64,000 nt of DNA from Patescibacteria group bacterium (GCA_049604715.1 JBMYTV010000002.1:56455-120454), one strand, 5' to 3'; positions 47,958 through 58,704 are shown, numbered from the stretch's first letter. Notes: generated from the letters alone by a model not told the origin. Numbers and translations are program-made.

Positions 47958-48671
47958 TCAGGCTGATTGCTTTACTACCTTAGGCACAAACATCTTATGC
48001 GGCACGATATATACGTGCTCATTCGTACCTGGAATTTCAAAACTCTCAATAACTTTGCCATCGTATTTGGACATATCACCCATGCGAATAGAGCGCCCTG
48101 CGGTTCTTCTTCCATTGGGCCAATAATTGACAATCAGTGACTGGCCAAACGCTGGATGGGTGCAACGTTGAATCTGTACACTAACCACTCCACGTTCACC
48201 TACACAGGTCTTCCCGTTCATCTCATCCCTTTTAAATCCGAAGAAGTGGCGCTTTACTACGACGGGCTTACCATGCCTATCGTGAGCCACATAACCCTGG
48301 CGGTAAAAACTTCTTTGGATCTTTACCATCCCCGGGATATTTTCTTGAAATGCAGGGAATTCAAGGATGAACTCCTCATAGTTTATGAGGTCGTCATTTG
48401 CAGCTGCAATTGCAGCCTCTACTTGGTCTCTGGACATCACATCCACATAACTGATTGGATGTTTGTATCCTTTGAACGGGAGCGGATTGGGCGGCTCGGT
48501 CCACTTGGGAAGCTTCTTTACAAAAAGCGAACCGGTGAACAAAACTTCGTAGTTAGCCATCTGCCGGGGATCAAAGTAGGGACTTTCTTCATTATTTTTT
48601 TCCGCCGAAATAGCTGCGACCAGCATTTCTTCAGTGGTCTCTTTAAATGGTGCAAAAATCACATGTTTCAT
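47958..48671 (-). CDS. hypothetical soluble protein
   Basis: 237-aa ORF with no recognised motif. Confidence 0.4.
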   Translation of the reverse strand: MKHVIFAPFKETTEEMLVAAISAEKNNEESPYFDPRQMANYEVLFTGSLFVKKLPKWTEPPNPLPFKGYKHPISYVDVMSRDQVEAAIAAANDDLINYEEFILEFPAFQENIPGMVKIQRSFYRQGYVAHDRHGKPVVVKRHFFGFKRDEMNGKTCVGERGVVSVQIQRCTHPAFGQSLIVNYWPNGRRTAGRSIRMGDMSKYDGKVIESFEIPGTNEHVYIVPHKMFVPKVVKQSA

Positions 48672-48805
48672 GTGACCTCCTAATCCTTTTTTAGTGAGTA
48701 TTATATTTTTTTGGTGCTGCGAAAATACTTCATATAATACTACAAATTACAGAAAATGTCAATATGTGACATTTTTATTGTACTTTTCCCTTATATTAGC
48801 CTAAA

Positions 48806-49942
48806 CTACACCCTGTAAACTTGTAATAACTGCTCCACAATACGTCTCCAAAGGTATTTATCTTGGGCTAGATTAGCAGCTGTTTGGCTCATTTTTGCAT
48901 GTTCTTCTTTATTATCTAAAATATACTGTAGTTTTTCTGCTAACTTACGAGGATTGTTCTTCGGAACTACAAAGCCTGTCTGACCTTCTATGCCAACAGT
49001 CCGTACTCCTGGTAAATCTGATGCTATAATAGGACTTGCGCAGGCAAGTGCCTCAACCAACACTATACCAAACGCCTCACTCATATCAGTACTAGGAAGT
49101 ACTGTGACGTAAGCGTTTCTATACCAATCAGGCATGACAATATCTTCTTGGTACCCAGTGAACGTAACCCTATCTGCAATTCCCAAATCAGATGCCTGCT
49201 TTTTATACTCATTAATCATATCCCCTTTACCAACACATACCAAATGCCAATCATTACTTGAAATTTCCGCACACGCCCGGAGTAGTACATGCACTCCTTT
49301 AAAATAGTGCTCACGCCGAAGTCCTCCAACAAACAAGATGATCTTTTTATTGCTATCAATACTATACTTCTTGAAAAGCTCTAAACTTTTTTCACCCGGC
49401 TTATACTCTTCAGTCACACCAAAGGGTAATTCTACAAATTTTTCAGGGTTTCGCTCTGCATACAACCGAACATATGAGTGCAGCGCATAGTCACGAGTTG
49501 ATACAAAAACAATTTTTGCTGCTTTTATAAGCAAAGGTAAAACAAAAAACCTATGCACACGAAAAAGCAAACCAAGCCATCCAGTAGATACTGTATCCAT
49601 ATGATAAAACACATACAACCTCTTACCTTTTCTCCTACCTACAAACAATTGCCATAAAACAACAAACACACCCATTCCATACGCTGGGTAATGTAACTGA
49701 ATTACATTGTATTTTTTTAGATGTCTAACTACCTGTGGACAAAACGCAGCCAACCCCCAGAAAAACAAAGGCTTTAGATAATGCACTGTATACGGAGTAT
49801 CAATCTTTTCATTAGTATAGGCTGGTGTAATCACCTCTACATCTTCCCCAAACTCATGCAAATACTTAGCATAGTACCATGGCACTTGCCCCATACCACC
49901 TTTGTATGGCGGAAAAACAGTTGTAATTTGTGCAATTTTCAT
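48806..49942 (-). CDS. family-4 (GT-B) glycosyltransferase
   Basis: EAFGIVLVEALACASPIIASD (E-x7-E motif of GT4/GT1 retaining transferases). 378 aa. Confidence 0.8.
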   Translation of the reverse strand: MKIAQITTVFPPYKGGMGQVPWYYAKYLHEFGEDVEVITPAYTNEKIDTPYTVHYLKPLFFWGLAAFCPQVVRHLKKYNVIQLHYPAYGMGVFVVLWQLFVGRRKGKRLYVFYHMDTVSTGWLGLLFRVHRFFVLPLLIKAAKIVFVSTRDYALHSYVRLYAERNPEKFVELPFGVTEEYKPGEKSLELFKKYSIDSNKKIILFVGGLRREHYFKGVHVLLRACAEISSNDWHLVCVGKGDMINEYKKQASDLGIADRVTFTGYQEDIVMPDWYRNAYVTVLPSTDMSEAFGIVLVEALACASPIIASDLPGVRTVGIEGQTGFVVPKNNPRKLAEKLQYILDNKEEHAKMSQTAANLAQDKYLWRRIVEQLLQVYRV

Positions 49943-50851
49943 TTATCTATTCTTAAACCATTCCCAGGTTAATTGCAGCCCTTGTTCAAATGTGACCTTT
50001 GGCTCCCAGCCAAGATCTTGTTTTATCTTGTCGTACTTAAGCACACTTCGCATCATTTCTCCTTCAACATAACTCTCATGTATTGCTTGAGTATCTGAAC
50101 CAGCAACCTTTGCTTGTAGGTCATACAGATCATCAACTGAAATCTCAGTGTTGGTAGATACAATATACACGCCCATACCCTTAGTAATTCCTGTCATAAG
50201 CGCGTCAACCATATCACCAACATAAACAAAATCTCTTGTTTGTTTACCACCAAATATCTTTGAGGTATTACCCTCAAGCATGCTTTCAAAAAATAAAGCT
50301 ATAACCCCAGCCTCACCTTTTGGATCTTGCCGAGGCCCATACACATTTGATGGCCGAAAGCTTAGTGTCTCTATACCCTGAATCGTATGATAATACTGCA
50401 AAAAATTATCAATTGTCTGTTTTGCTAAGCCATATGGTGATAGCGGCATCTCTGGAGCCTCTTCATCTGCCGCGCCCTGAGCTTGATCATAGATAGCACC
50501 GCCTGATGATACAAAAATGATTTTTTTTGCACCTACTCTTTTTGCACTTTCCAAAATATTCAAACCTCCCAAAATATTCACTTCTGCATCAAATAATGGA
50601 TTTTCTAGTGAAACTCGTACATTTTTTTGGGCAGCCAAATGATACACTATGTCAGGCTTAAATTGACCAAAAAGCGACTCAACCTTTTTGTCTTGAATTT
50701 CAATCTGCTCAAAACTTGCTTTTGGGTTTATGTACTTTTTACTTCCTGTAGAAAGATCATCCAGTATCAATACATCATGACCTGCAACAATCAATGCGTC
50801 AACTAAATGAGAACCTATAAATCCCGCTCCTCCAGTAACCAAAATCTTCAT
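49943..50851 (-). CDS. NAD-dependent nucleotide-sugar epimerase/dehydratase (GalE/WbpP-like)
   Basis: MKILVTGGAGFIGSHLVD Rossmann motif and YxxxK region (SPYGLAKQ). Confidence 0.85.
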   Translation of the reverse strand: MKILVTGGAGFIGSHLVDALIVAGHDVLILDDLSTGSKKYINPKASFEQIEIQDKKVESLFGQFKPDIVYHLAAQKNVRVSLENPLFDAEVNILGGLNILESAKRVGAKKIIFVSSGGAIYDQAQGAADEEAPEMPLSPYGLAKQTIDNFLQYYHTIQGIETLSFRPSNVYGPRQDPKGEAGVIALFFESMLEGNTSKIFGGKQTRDFVYVGDMVDALMTGITKGMGVYIVSTNTEISVDDLYDLQAKVAGSDTQAIHESYVEGEMMRSVLKYDKIKQDLGWEPKVTFEQGLQLTWEWFKNR

Positions 50852-51882
50852 ACTATAAAATTTTTAACAATACTAAAGTAAATTCTAAAAATTGGATTGT
50901 ATACAAAACGCAGCGCAAATGACTTAATACCATCAAACTTAAGACTTGTGGTCATCACTCGCATTATTTCTTTATCTGACATTGTCCTTATCTGACGAGT
51001 ATGACTACGCTCTTTGATAATATGAAAAATACTTAGTATAAATCCGCCATAGCTTTTTATCTTCCACATACCCCAACCTGAGATAAATGCATAAAAAATC
51101 ATAGCAACTTCAGTTGCAAGTAATGCTGGTAGCAACAAACAAATAGTCCAAAGTCGATACCTTGAAGCAAGTACTAGTAGGCGATTACGTTCTGCATAAT
51201 AAAACTTTTTGCCTCCAAGGGTAAAAGTGTGATCATGAAATACAACACTCTGACTGGCAAGCCTAACCCTAAAGCCTGCCAAGCGAGCCCGCCATGAATA
51301 ATCTACATCTTCGTGGTACATAAACAAATACTCGTCAAGTAAACCAATTCGCTCTAATACACTTCGCTTGATAAGCATACTAGCACCTGATGCAACTGGC
51401 ACATCTCTATCCTCAGTATAATCACTACTCAAGTGCTTGTATCCGCCTGACCATGAAAAACCAAGCGGATGCAGTGGATTGCCAATAGTATCAACACGAA
51501 ACGCCTGCTGCATGAACAAGATCTTACTTTGCACTATACCAACATACGGATCTTCATCAGCAGTAACTACAAGATGCTCAAGCCAAGTATCACGCGGCTT
51601 TGTATCATCATTCAGAAGAACAACTGCATCATACCCACGCTCTAGCGCATACATAATACCAAGGTTATTACCCTTGGCAAATCCTAAATTTCTTTTCTGT
51701 GGCAAAAGCAGTACATCTGAAAAGTCCTTGGATACAATGTCTACAGTTGCATCGCTTGATGCATTATCAACAACCATTACGTCGTATTTGTCCTTGGCGT
51801 AGCTCTGAGAATAAACAGACCGCAAGCAGGTTGCGATGCGATCTTGAGCATTATAGGTAACTATGATAACGATAATTCGCAT
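50848..51882 (-). CDS. family-2 glycosyltransferase
   Basis: IIVIIVTYNAQDRIATCLRSV...DVMVVDNASSDAT. 344 aa. Confidence 0.8.
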   Translation of the reverse strand: MRIIVIIVTYNAQDRIATCLRSVYSQSYAKDKYDVMVVDNASSDATVDIVSKDFSDVLLLPQKRNLGFAKGNNLGIMYALERGYDAVVLLNDDTKPRDTWLEHLVVTADEDPYVGIVQSKILFMQQAFRVDTIGNPLHPLGFSWSGGYKHLSSDYTEDRDVPVASGASMLIKRSVLERIGLLDEYLFMYHEDVDYSWRARLAGFRVRLASQSVVFHDHTFTLGGKKFYYAERNRLLVLASRYRLWTICLLLPALLATEVAMIFYAFISGWGMWKIKSYGGFILSIFHIIKERSHTRQIRTMSDKEIMRVMTTSLKFDGIKSFALRFVYNPIFRIYFSIVKNFIV

Positions 51883-52241
51883 TATTCTAAAGTTTTATCT
51901 GTATTTGATTTTTTAACATTACGTATAGCAACTTCACGTGTAAGCTCAGTAATACTCTTTTCAATTCTATCAATTTTACTATAAAGTCGAAAAATTATAT
52001 AAAACAAAACTGGAATTGCCATATACACAGCCAGATCAACGCCCCTACCAGTCTCAAGTCCAACGCCCTGAGCTAGCTGGTCAGTTGTTTGTGGCAAAGC
52101 TGCAGCAATACCAACTGCAATCCAAAAAACTGTCCACCAAAGCCACTCTTTGAAACTGATATCAGACTGCACGTAACGCACAAAAACACGAATACATGCA
52201 AACGCTGCAAACAAGGCTATTATTATCTGAAATACTGTCAT
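51882..52241 (-). CDS. small membrane protein (DUF2304-like) commonly paired with GT2 enzymes
   Basis: 119 aa with 3 TM helices then a charged C-terminus. The DUF2304 assignment is from memory of the gene-neighbourhood pattern. Confidence 0.45.
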   Translation of the reverse strand: MTVFQIIIALFAAFACIRVFVRYVQSDISFKEWLWWTVFWIAVGIAAALPQTTDQLAQGVGLETGRGVDLAVYMAIPVLFYIIFRLYSKIDRIEKSITELTREVAIRNVKKSNTDKTLE

Positions 52242-52242
52242 A

Positions 52243-52908
52243 CTATTTTACTAGTTTAGCCTTTATTAAATCAAAAACTATACGAATCCCCCCACTCAAA
52301 CCCTGACCAAACTCATGATAAAGGATATCAACTGGTACCTCAGTGAAGGTGAGTTTGTTTAGCTTGATCTTTTCTAAAATCTCACTTGCATGTGCCTTCC
52401 CATCTTGTGTGATGTGAATAGTCTCTGCAGCATTTCGTGAAAGAGCACGAAAACCACAATGCGCATCTGTAAGCCACAAGCCTGTAAAAAGGACATTAAC
52501 AACACGCCCCACTGGATGAATAAAATATCTTTTTAAAAATGGCAATTCTTTTGTTGACCTCAAATAGCGTGAACCAAGTGTCACCTCAAAATCACCGTCA
52601 GCTATCGGCTGTATCATCGCCTTTATGTCACTAGCCTGCATCTGACCATCAGCATCAAAGTGAACTATAATATCCGCACCATTTCTCAGAGCGTACTGTG
52701 TGCCTGTTTCAAGCGCCGCGCCCTGATCTCTGTTTATAACATGCCTCAATACATGCGCTCCAGCAATAAGCGCTTTTTGTGATGTTGCATCTTTTGAACC
52801 ATCGTCAACAACAACTATATTGCTGTATCCATGCGCATACAAGTCTTCTACAACATTTTTAATGCGCTTTTCTTCATAATATGCCGGAATAACAACAAAA
52901 ATATTCAT
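52243..52908 (-). CDS. GT2, polyprenyl-phosphate sugar synthase-like (DPM1/GtrB/CsbB-like)
   Basis: 221 aa single-domain GT-A: MNIFVVIPAYYEEKRI...VVVDDGSKDAT. Confidence 0.8.
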   Translation of the reverse strand: MNIFVVIPAYYEEKRIKNVVEDLYAHGYSNIVVVDDGSKDATSQKALIAGAHVLRHVINRDQGAALETGTQYALRNGADIIVHFDADGQMQASDIKAMIQPIADGDFEVTLGSRYLRSTKELPFLKRYFIHPVGRVVNVLFTGLWLTDAHCGFRALSRNAAETIHITQDGKAHASEILEKIKLNKLTFTEVPVDILYHEFGQGLSGGIRIVFDLIKAKLVK

Positions 52909-52910
52909 GC

Positions 52911-53918
52911 CTAGACATTTAATACACCGTGTTGAGACTGCATAAACTCAATAGTCTTGCCCATACCTTCTTCAATTCCAACAAGCGGAAACCAACCAAG
53001 ATCTTGCTTGGCACTAGCGATATCAGGCAAGCCTTCTCGGTATACAAATGGATATTTCTCTGCTTCACGTATCTCAGAGCTAGATTCTGCTAATGTAACA
53101 ATCATATCTGCCACATCCCGAACGCGATACGCCTCAGGATGACCAAAATTATAAGGACCTGACTTATCTGAATTCATAAACTTAATAAGCCCATCAATCA
53201 AATCATCAATATACAAAAATGACGCCACCATAGACTCAAGGTTACCATGAATAGTAATTGGATCATCTTCAAGTGCATGTGCAATAAAATCTGGAATTAA
53301 CCTTCCATCATTAAGCTTCATCTTTGGGCCGTATGTTTTGAAAATACGAGCTACTTTTGTTTGTAACTTATGATGTACATTAAAGTTCCCAACCATTGTC
53401 TCAGCAAAACGCTTTCCTTCATTATATGAACTACGTGGCCCTAGCATATCAACGTACCCGTGATAATCCTCCTTAAACCGTGACATACCAGGAAGAAGAG
53501 CTCCATACACAGCTGCTGTTGAGGCATGCAAAAACTTTGACCCATATTCTTTGGCAACCATCAGCGCATTATAAGTAGCATGAGAATTTGCTAGAAGTGT
53601 CTCGAGCGGCACATCATTATAGTGCTTCGGTGATGTTGGACATGCCAAATGGTACACCTCATGCAGACCCTTATACTTAAGTTGGAATGCATCAAGCTCA
53701 GGAAATTTTCGAAAATCAAGCGCCTGCACTAAGTCATGTTTTAGAAATTTAAAATTTGGATATGTCAAAAGCAGGTCGATATTTTTTTCGCTACCAGTAA
53801 TAAAATTATCAACACAAATGACGTGGTGACCTTCACGAACAAATCGATCACAAAGGTGTGATCCAATAAATCCGGCGCCACCCGTTATGAGTATATTTTT
53901 TGTGGTTTCTTGGGCCAT
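52911..53918 (-). CDS. UDP-glucuronate decarboxylase (UDP-xylose synthase)-like SDR
   Basis: ILITGGAGFIGSHLCDRFVREGHHVICVDNFITGSEKNI closely resembles the UXS/ArnA-decarboxylase N-terminus. 335 aa. Confidence 0.75.
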   Translation of the reverse strand: MAQETTKNILITGGAGFIGSHLCDRFVREGHHVICVDNFITGSEKNIDLLLTYPNFKFLKHDLVQALDFRKFPELDAFQLKYKGLHEVYHLACPTSPKHYNDVPLETLLANSHATYNALMVAKEYGSKFLHASTAAVYGALLPGMSRFKEDYHGYVDMLGPRSSYNEGKRFAETMVGNFNVHHKLQTKVARIFKTYGPKMKLNDGRLIPDFIAHALEDDPITIHGNLESMVASFLYIDDLIDGLIKFMNSDKSGPYNFGHPEAYRVRDVADMIVTLAESSSEIREAEKYPFVYREGLPDIASAKQDLGWFPLVGIEEGMGKTIEFMQSQHGVLNV

Positions 53919-53926
53919 AAGGATAC

Positions 53927-54637
53927 CTATTTAAAGCGTTTGCGTAATTGAAATGTTGTTTTGAGCATTCGGAGTGATGTTTGAACGAGTTTGTATTTGG
54001 TTGTTATAAAAGTGGATGCTTTATTTTCTTCCCAATATGTTGGAACTTCAGTAATTTGATAATTATGCTGTTTACAAAGTAGCAAAAGCTCAATATCAAA
54101 TGCCATGTTGTTTACACTCAAGTCAGGTAATATTTTTTTAATGACATCCTGCTTAAATACTTTTGCCCCGCACTGAGTATCTGCATAAGGTAGCTCTACA
54201 ATAAGACGAACCAAAAACCTAAACCCATATCCCGCAATCCGGCGGAACCATGATACTCTGTTTGCTATTTCAGCACCCTCTGCATACCGCGACGCAATTG
54301 TACCATCTACATTTTCAAGTGCTTGCAGTAACTTGTTAAACTCTCGAGCTGGTGTAGAGCCATCAGCATCAACATATCCAACATATTCATTTCTGATTGA
54401 GGTAAATCCCAGACGAACTGCCCACCCTTTTCCATAACTCTCTTTATGCACTTCATATGTAATCCTCTCAGGATACTTTGCTTGCCAGTCTTTGACCACA
54501 CTTTCTGTATTATCAGAACACCCGTTGAGTACAACGTGAAACAGTACCGAATCAGCCATTGTGGTTAGGTAGTCCTCAAACATTGGCCCTATCCGCTCTG
54601 CTTCATTGTATGCTGGTACCACTAGTGTTACATCCAT
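53927..54637 (-). CDS. GT2, polyprenyl-phosphate sugar synthase-like (second copy)
   Basis: MDVTLVVPAYNEAERI...VVLNGCSDNT. 236 aa. Confidence 0.75.
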   Translation of the reverse strand: MDVTLVVPAYNEAERIGPMFEDYLTTMADSVLFHVVLNGCSDNTESVVKDWQAKYPERITYEVHKESYGKGWAVRLGFTSIRNEYVGYVDADGSTPAREFNKLLQALENVDGTIASRYAEGAEIANRVSWFRRIAGYGFRFLVRLIVELPYADTQCGAKVFKQDVIKKILPDLSVNNMAFDIELLLLCKQHNYQITEVPTYWEENKASTFITTKYKLVQTSLRMLKTTFQLRKRFK

Positions 54638-54641
54638 ATGG

Positions 54642-55097
54642 TTATTCTGGGTTTATCATACCTTTTTCCGTGCGAAATGACCAGTATTTATGAGCAGTAA
54701 AATTCCAAAATGTACCAATACCCATGGCTATAACTTTGGCTAAAATATCATAGAGCTTAAACTCTACGACACCTATATACAAAATTGACTGAACCAGTGC
54801 TATGTAAATCAATGCAACAGTCCAAAACTTCAAATACTGCTTGGCTATATTCTTTGATTTGTTTCTGAATGTGTAGTGTTTATTTAGAAAAAAAGATGAG
54901 GTTGTGGCAATAATAAAAGCAACAATATTTGCTCCCAAATAATTTGTTTGCCAAAAATCAAATGTACGTGTCAATCCAATGTAAATACTAAAATCAAGAA
55001 CAGCATTAGTAGCCCCAACTAATAAAAAAACAAACACTTCTCTACCAAGTGGAATATGTTTATCTACATAGTGTTGTATTTTATTAAATATTCTCAT
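54642..55097 (-). CDS. GtrA-family small membrane protein (lipid-linked sugar translocation)
   Basis: 151 aa with 4 TM helices. LVGATNAVLDFSIYIGL is GtrA-like. Confidence 0.7.
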   Translation of the reverse strand: MRIFNKIQHYVDKHIPLGREVFVFLLVGATNAVLDFSIYIGLTRTFDFWQTNYLGANIVAFIIATTSSFFLNKHYTFRNKSKNIAKQYLKFWTVALIYIALVQSILYIGVVEFKLYDILAKVIAMGIGTFWNFTAHKYWSFRTEKGMINPE

Positions 55098-56983
55098 TAG
55101 TCATACACCAATGATCCCACGCGTACACCACCCGCAAAATTTGGGCTATACGCTTGGAGGGTTTGTTGTTTGTTTCCAAGCCAATCAAAAATACCAACCT
55201 CAGGCGCCATTCCAGCGCTATTTCCTACTACTACCTGTGTTAATCCATCACCATTCATATCAGTCGCCATAACAGTAAAGCCGCCCTTTATATTTTCTGG
55301 TGCTGCAAACCACTGACTAGCAATTGACCCATTTGGTGAAAAAATACGTATATGCGCTCCGCCATCTGCCGCTGGTGCAGTGATTATCTCAGATGAACCG
55401 TTTACGGCAATGTCACCAACTGCAACGTTTACACCACCGCGGAAGTTTTCATTGTACGCCATGAACTGACTTTGTACTGCACCTTGAGCATTAAATACTC
55501 TAACATGCGGACCGCCACCACTACCTGCTCCGGTTATAATTTCTGCAATTCCGTCCCCGTTAGTATCACCAACTGCAACGTTCACACCACCGCGAAATGC
55601 TGGATTATAAGCCATAAATTCATACTCAATAATACCATTCATATCAAAAACTCGAATAAGTGGAACATGATCATTTGTTGTCGCTGTGATGACTTCCACA
55701 AATCCGTCATTATCAACGTCACCACTTGCTGTACTAACACCGCCGCGGTAATACGACTCAAACGCAAACCACTGACTCAAAATATTTCCTTGATAATCAA
55801 GAACTCTAACATGCGGACCGCCTTGGCTGGCTGGTCCTGTGATCACGTATGACCTGTTTACTGCACTAGTTGGGTTACCACCAAGTGTAGCGTGTGCAGT
55901 TTCTAAACTAGCTTCAGCATTTACCACTCCAGATCCGACTTTGCCTTTAAACTCATTTTGCTGCAGAGCATCAATAGAATCGGATGAATTCACAATAATG
56001 TCACGAATCTGAGCAGGAGTAAGGCTAGGGTTTTTGGCTTTTATGAGAGCTGCTAAACCAGACACAACCGGGGCGGCCACTGATGTTCCACTCCAACCAC
56101 CGCCATAAGCCTCGCTAAATGAATCATTTTCAGGATCATAAACTTGTGTACCATAAAAAGAAACCCCAGGCGCAGCTACGTCAACACATTTTGATCCATA
56201 ATTTGAAAAATTAGTCAGAACATTAAACTGATCAAGTGCAGCTACACCAATAACCATGTTTTGAGCACCGTCATAACAAACAGGATACGCAGCATCAACT
56301 GCTAGATCCTTTGGCGCCTCACCTTCGTTACCAGATGCAGCAACCAGCACCACACCTTGGTTGTATGCTCTGGTGATTGCTTGTTCTAAATCAAAACTAT
56401 AATCACTCCCTACAAAACTTAAGTTAATAATATCTGCACCCTGTGCCACTGCATAGTCAATTGCACGAGCCACTTGAGACGCGTCACCATTACCTTGATT
56501 GTTTAGAACTTTAATAGGCATTATTTTAATCTGCCATGCCATTCCTGCTACACCAACACCATTGGCTCCTCGCGCACCAATAACCCCTGCTATGATTGTG
56601 CCGTGTTGCGCAGCCGAAAACTCAGCATCGGCAACATCAGGAATAACATTGTTATTGTTCTCCAAAAAATTCCATCCATAAAAATCATCCGTATAACCAT
56701 TACGATCATTGTCAATCTGATCATAAGGAATCTCTGATGTATTTACCCAAATATTATCTCGAAGATCTGGATGATTTATATCAACGCCTGTATCAAGTAC
56801 AGCAACTACAATATCATAGGAGCCTTGTGTATATTCCCATGCCCGTGGAGCTTTGATGTGTGGCAAATACCACTGTCTAAAAAAATCAGGGTCATTTGGA
56901 ACAATAGCAAAAGTAGGCTGTGCAATAACAAACAAGCCCAAGACAAATATGCTTAACCGTAAAAATATATTTTCTTTTTTCAT
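55097..56983 (-). CDS. secreted subtilisin-like serine protease (S8) with C-terminal FG-GAP/VCBS-type repeats
   Basis: Signal peptide, then the catalytic Asp (VAVLDTGVD), His (HGTIIAGVIGA) and Ser (GTSVAAPVVSGLAAL) motifs. The C-terminal repeats have the form GDxNGDG..E(V)I(T)...GGxHVR(V)F. Confidence 0.85.
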   Translation of the reverse strand: MKKENIFLRLSIFVLGLFVIAQPTFAIVPNDPDFFRQWYLPHIKAPRAWEYTQGSYDIVVAVLDTGVDINHPDLRDNIWVNTSEIPYDQIDNDRNGYTDDFYGWNFLENNNNVIPDVADAEFSAAQHGTIIAGVIGARGANGVGVAGMAWQIKIMPIKVLNNQGNGDASQVARAIDYAVAQGADIINLSFVGSDYSFDLEQAITRAYNQGVVLVAASGNEGEAPKDLAVDAAYPVCYDGAQNMVIGVAALDQFNVLTNFSNYGSKCVDVAAPGVSFYGTQVYDPENDSFSEAYGGGWSGTSVAAPVVSGLAALIKAKNPSLTPAQIRDIIVNSSDSIDALQQNEFKGKVGSGVVNAEASLETAHATLGGNPTSAVNRSYVITGPASQGGPHVRVLDYQGNILSQWFAFESYYRGGVSTASGDVDNDGFVEVITATTNDHVPLIRVFDMNGIIEYEFMAYNPAFRGGVNVAVGDTNGDGIAEIITGAGSGGGPHVRVFNAQGAVQSQFMAYNENFRGGVNVAVGDIAVNGSSEIITAPAADGGAHIRIFSPNGSIASQWFAAPENIKGGFTVMATDMNGDGLTQVVVGNSAGMAPEVGIFDWLGNKQQTLQAYSPNFAGGVRVGSLVYD

Positions 56984-57042
56984 ATGTATATAGTAGCAAA
57001 TTGTAGCTAAAACATAAACAAAAGTTTACGATTTGCTACAAG

Positions 57043-58704
57043 CTAAAGCAACCCTTGCTGCTTTAAATAATCACACACCATATCAACCGCCTCTGTGACA
57101 CTTGTCTCAGATGTATCAATACTGATCTCAGCACTATCAGGCTCTTCATAAGGGTCGTCAATGCCAGTCACATTTTGGATTAGTCCGGCCTCTGCTTTTG
57201 AATACAAACCTTTTACATCACGTTGCTTACATACCGCAAGGGGTGTTGCCACATGCACCTCAATGTATACACCATATGTTGAGATTAGTTCACGATTATA
57301 GTCACGCGACTGAGCATACGGTGCAATAGCAGCGCACAGCGCAATACCACCGTGACGTACGACCTCAGCTGCGACAAAGCCAATACGCTGCACATTTGTA
57401 TTTCTATCTTCTTTGGAAAATCCTAAACCTTTTGATAAATGTTGCCGGATAATATCTCCATCAAGGTACGTTATTGGCCGATGCTGAATCTCTAGAAGTC
57501 TAGTATGAAGAGCTTGTGCTATAGTGCTCTTACCTGCCCCAGAAAGTCCTGTGAAGAAAAGTGTAAATCCACGAACTGAATCCACATATCGTGATGACTG
57601 CAACTCATCAAGTACTTCAGGAAATGAAAACCATTCAGGAATTTGTTCGTTTTTCGCAAGCTTGTTTCTAAACTCTGTCCCTGAGATGTAAAGTGGTTTT
57701 GAATTTTCAGTTTGTTCGTGAGTAGAGATGTATTGTTTTGTATGACCATCATAAAAAAGTTCGGGTGCAGATATTACCTTTATACCAATTTCATCTGCAA
57801 ACTGCTGTACATACTCTTGTGCATCATACAACCCATAAAAAGGATTGCCATTACTATCCTTACCAGGTCCCGCATGATCTCTACCAATAATAAAATGAGT
57901 ACATCCATAGTTTTTTCTTATAAGCGCATGCCACAAGGCCTCACGCGGCCCACCCATTCGCATAGCAAGCGGTAGCAAGCTTAACATAGTAAACTCCGGA
58001 GCATATTTTTCATGCACATGTTGATATGCACGTACACGTGTAATAGCATCTATATCACCTGTTTTAGTCTCACCAACAGCCGGATGGATGAGTACTGTCC
58101 CACCATGCTCCTCTGATGCTCGTTTGATCACTTCAAAATGTGCACGATGCAGAGGATTGCGAGTTTGAAAGCCAACCAATGTATCTATGTTATTCTGAAG
58201 TTTGTATTCATGTATCTCCTCTGGGGTTTTATAAAGGGACTGGAATAATTCATGCGATGGGATTGCAATTCTCTCAATAATACCACCAATGTATACGGGA
58301 TGAGTTTCAGATAAAATATATGAAACCCCGAAATGACTTTCATCGTCAGTTCCATACACTTGTTTAACCTCGTGTTCTTTATCAGGAACAAAAACTGACT
58401 CAACTAACATTAGCGCCAGTAAATTACCATATGCATCACAAAGCGCGACTTCTTGCCCTTCTGTATATGTGTGGTTTTCAGGAACATCAAGAACAACCGG
58501 CATTGGCCATACTGATCCATTTGGAAGTCTGGCATTATCCACAACTGACTTATACTCATCTTCAGTCATAAATCCAGTGAGCGGCGCAAATCCACCATTC
58601 AAAATAAGCTCCAAATCACTTAACTGGCGTTTGGTCAACCTGATATGCGGTATATGTAAAGCGCGCTGTTTTAGCGCCTCATATGTAGTCTTTTTTGTAT
58701 TCAT
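57043..58704 (-). CDS. bifunctional sulfate adenylyltransferase (ATP sulfurylase) / adenylylsulfate kinase (PAPS synthase)
   Basis: N-terminal ATP-sulfurylase motifs QTRNPLHRAHFE and GRDHAGPG. C-terminal APS kinase P-loop FFTGLSGAGKSTIAQAL. 553 aa. Confidence 0.9.
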   Translation of the reverse strand: MNTKKTTYEALKQRALHIPHIRLTKRQLSDLELILNGGFAPLTGFMTEDEYKSVVDNARLPNGSVWPMPVVLDVPENHTYTEGQEVALCDAYGNLLALMLVESVFVPDKEHEVKQVYGTDDESHFGVSYILSETHPVYIGGIIERIAIPSHELFQSLYKTPEEIHEYKLQNNIDTLVGFQTRNPLHRAHFEVIKRASEEHGGTVLIHPAVGETKTGDIDAITRVRAYQHVHEKYAPEFTMLSLLPLAMRMGGPREALWHALIRKNYGCTHFIIGRDHAGPGKDSNGNPFYGLYDAQEYVQQFADEIGIKVISAPELFYDGHTKQYISTHEQTENSKPLYISGTEFRNKLAKNEQIPEWFSFPEVLDELQSSRYVDSVRGFTLFFTGLSGAGKSTIAQALHTRLLEIQHRPITYLDGDIIRQHLSKGLGFSKEDRNTNVQRIGFVAAEVVRHGGIALCAAIAPYAQSRDYNRELISTYGVYIEVHVATPLAVCKQRDVKGLYSKAEAGLIQNVTGIDDPYEEPDSAEISIDTSETSVTEAVDMVCDYLKQQGLL

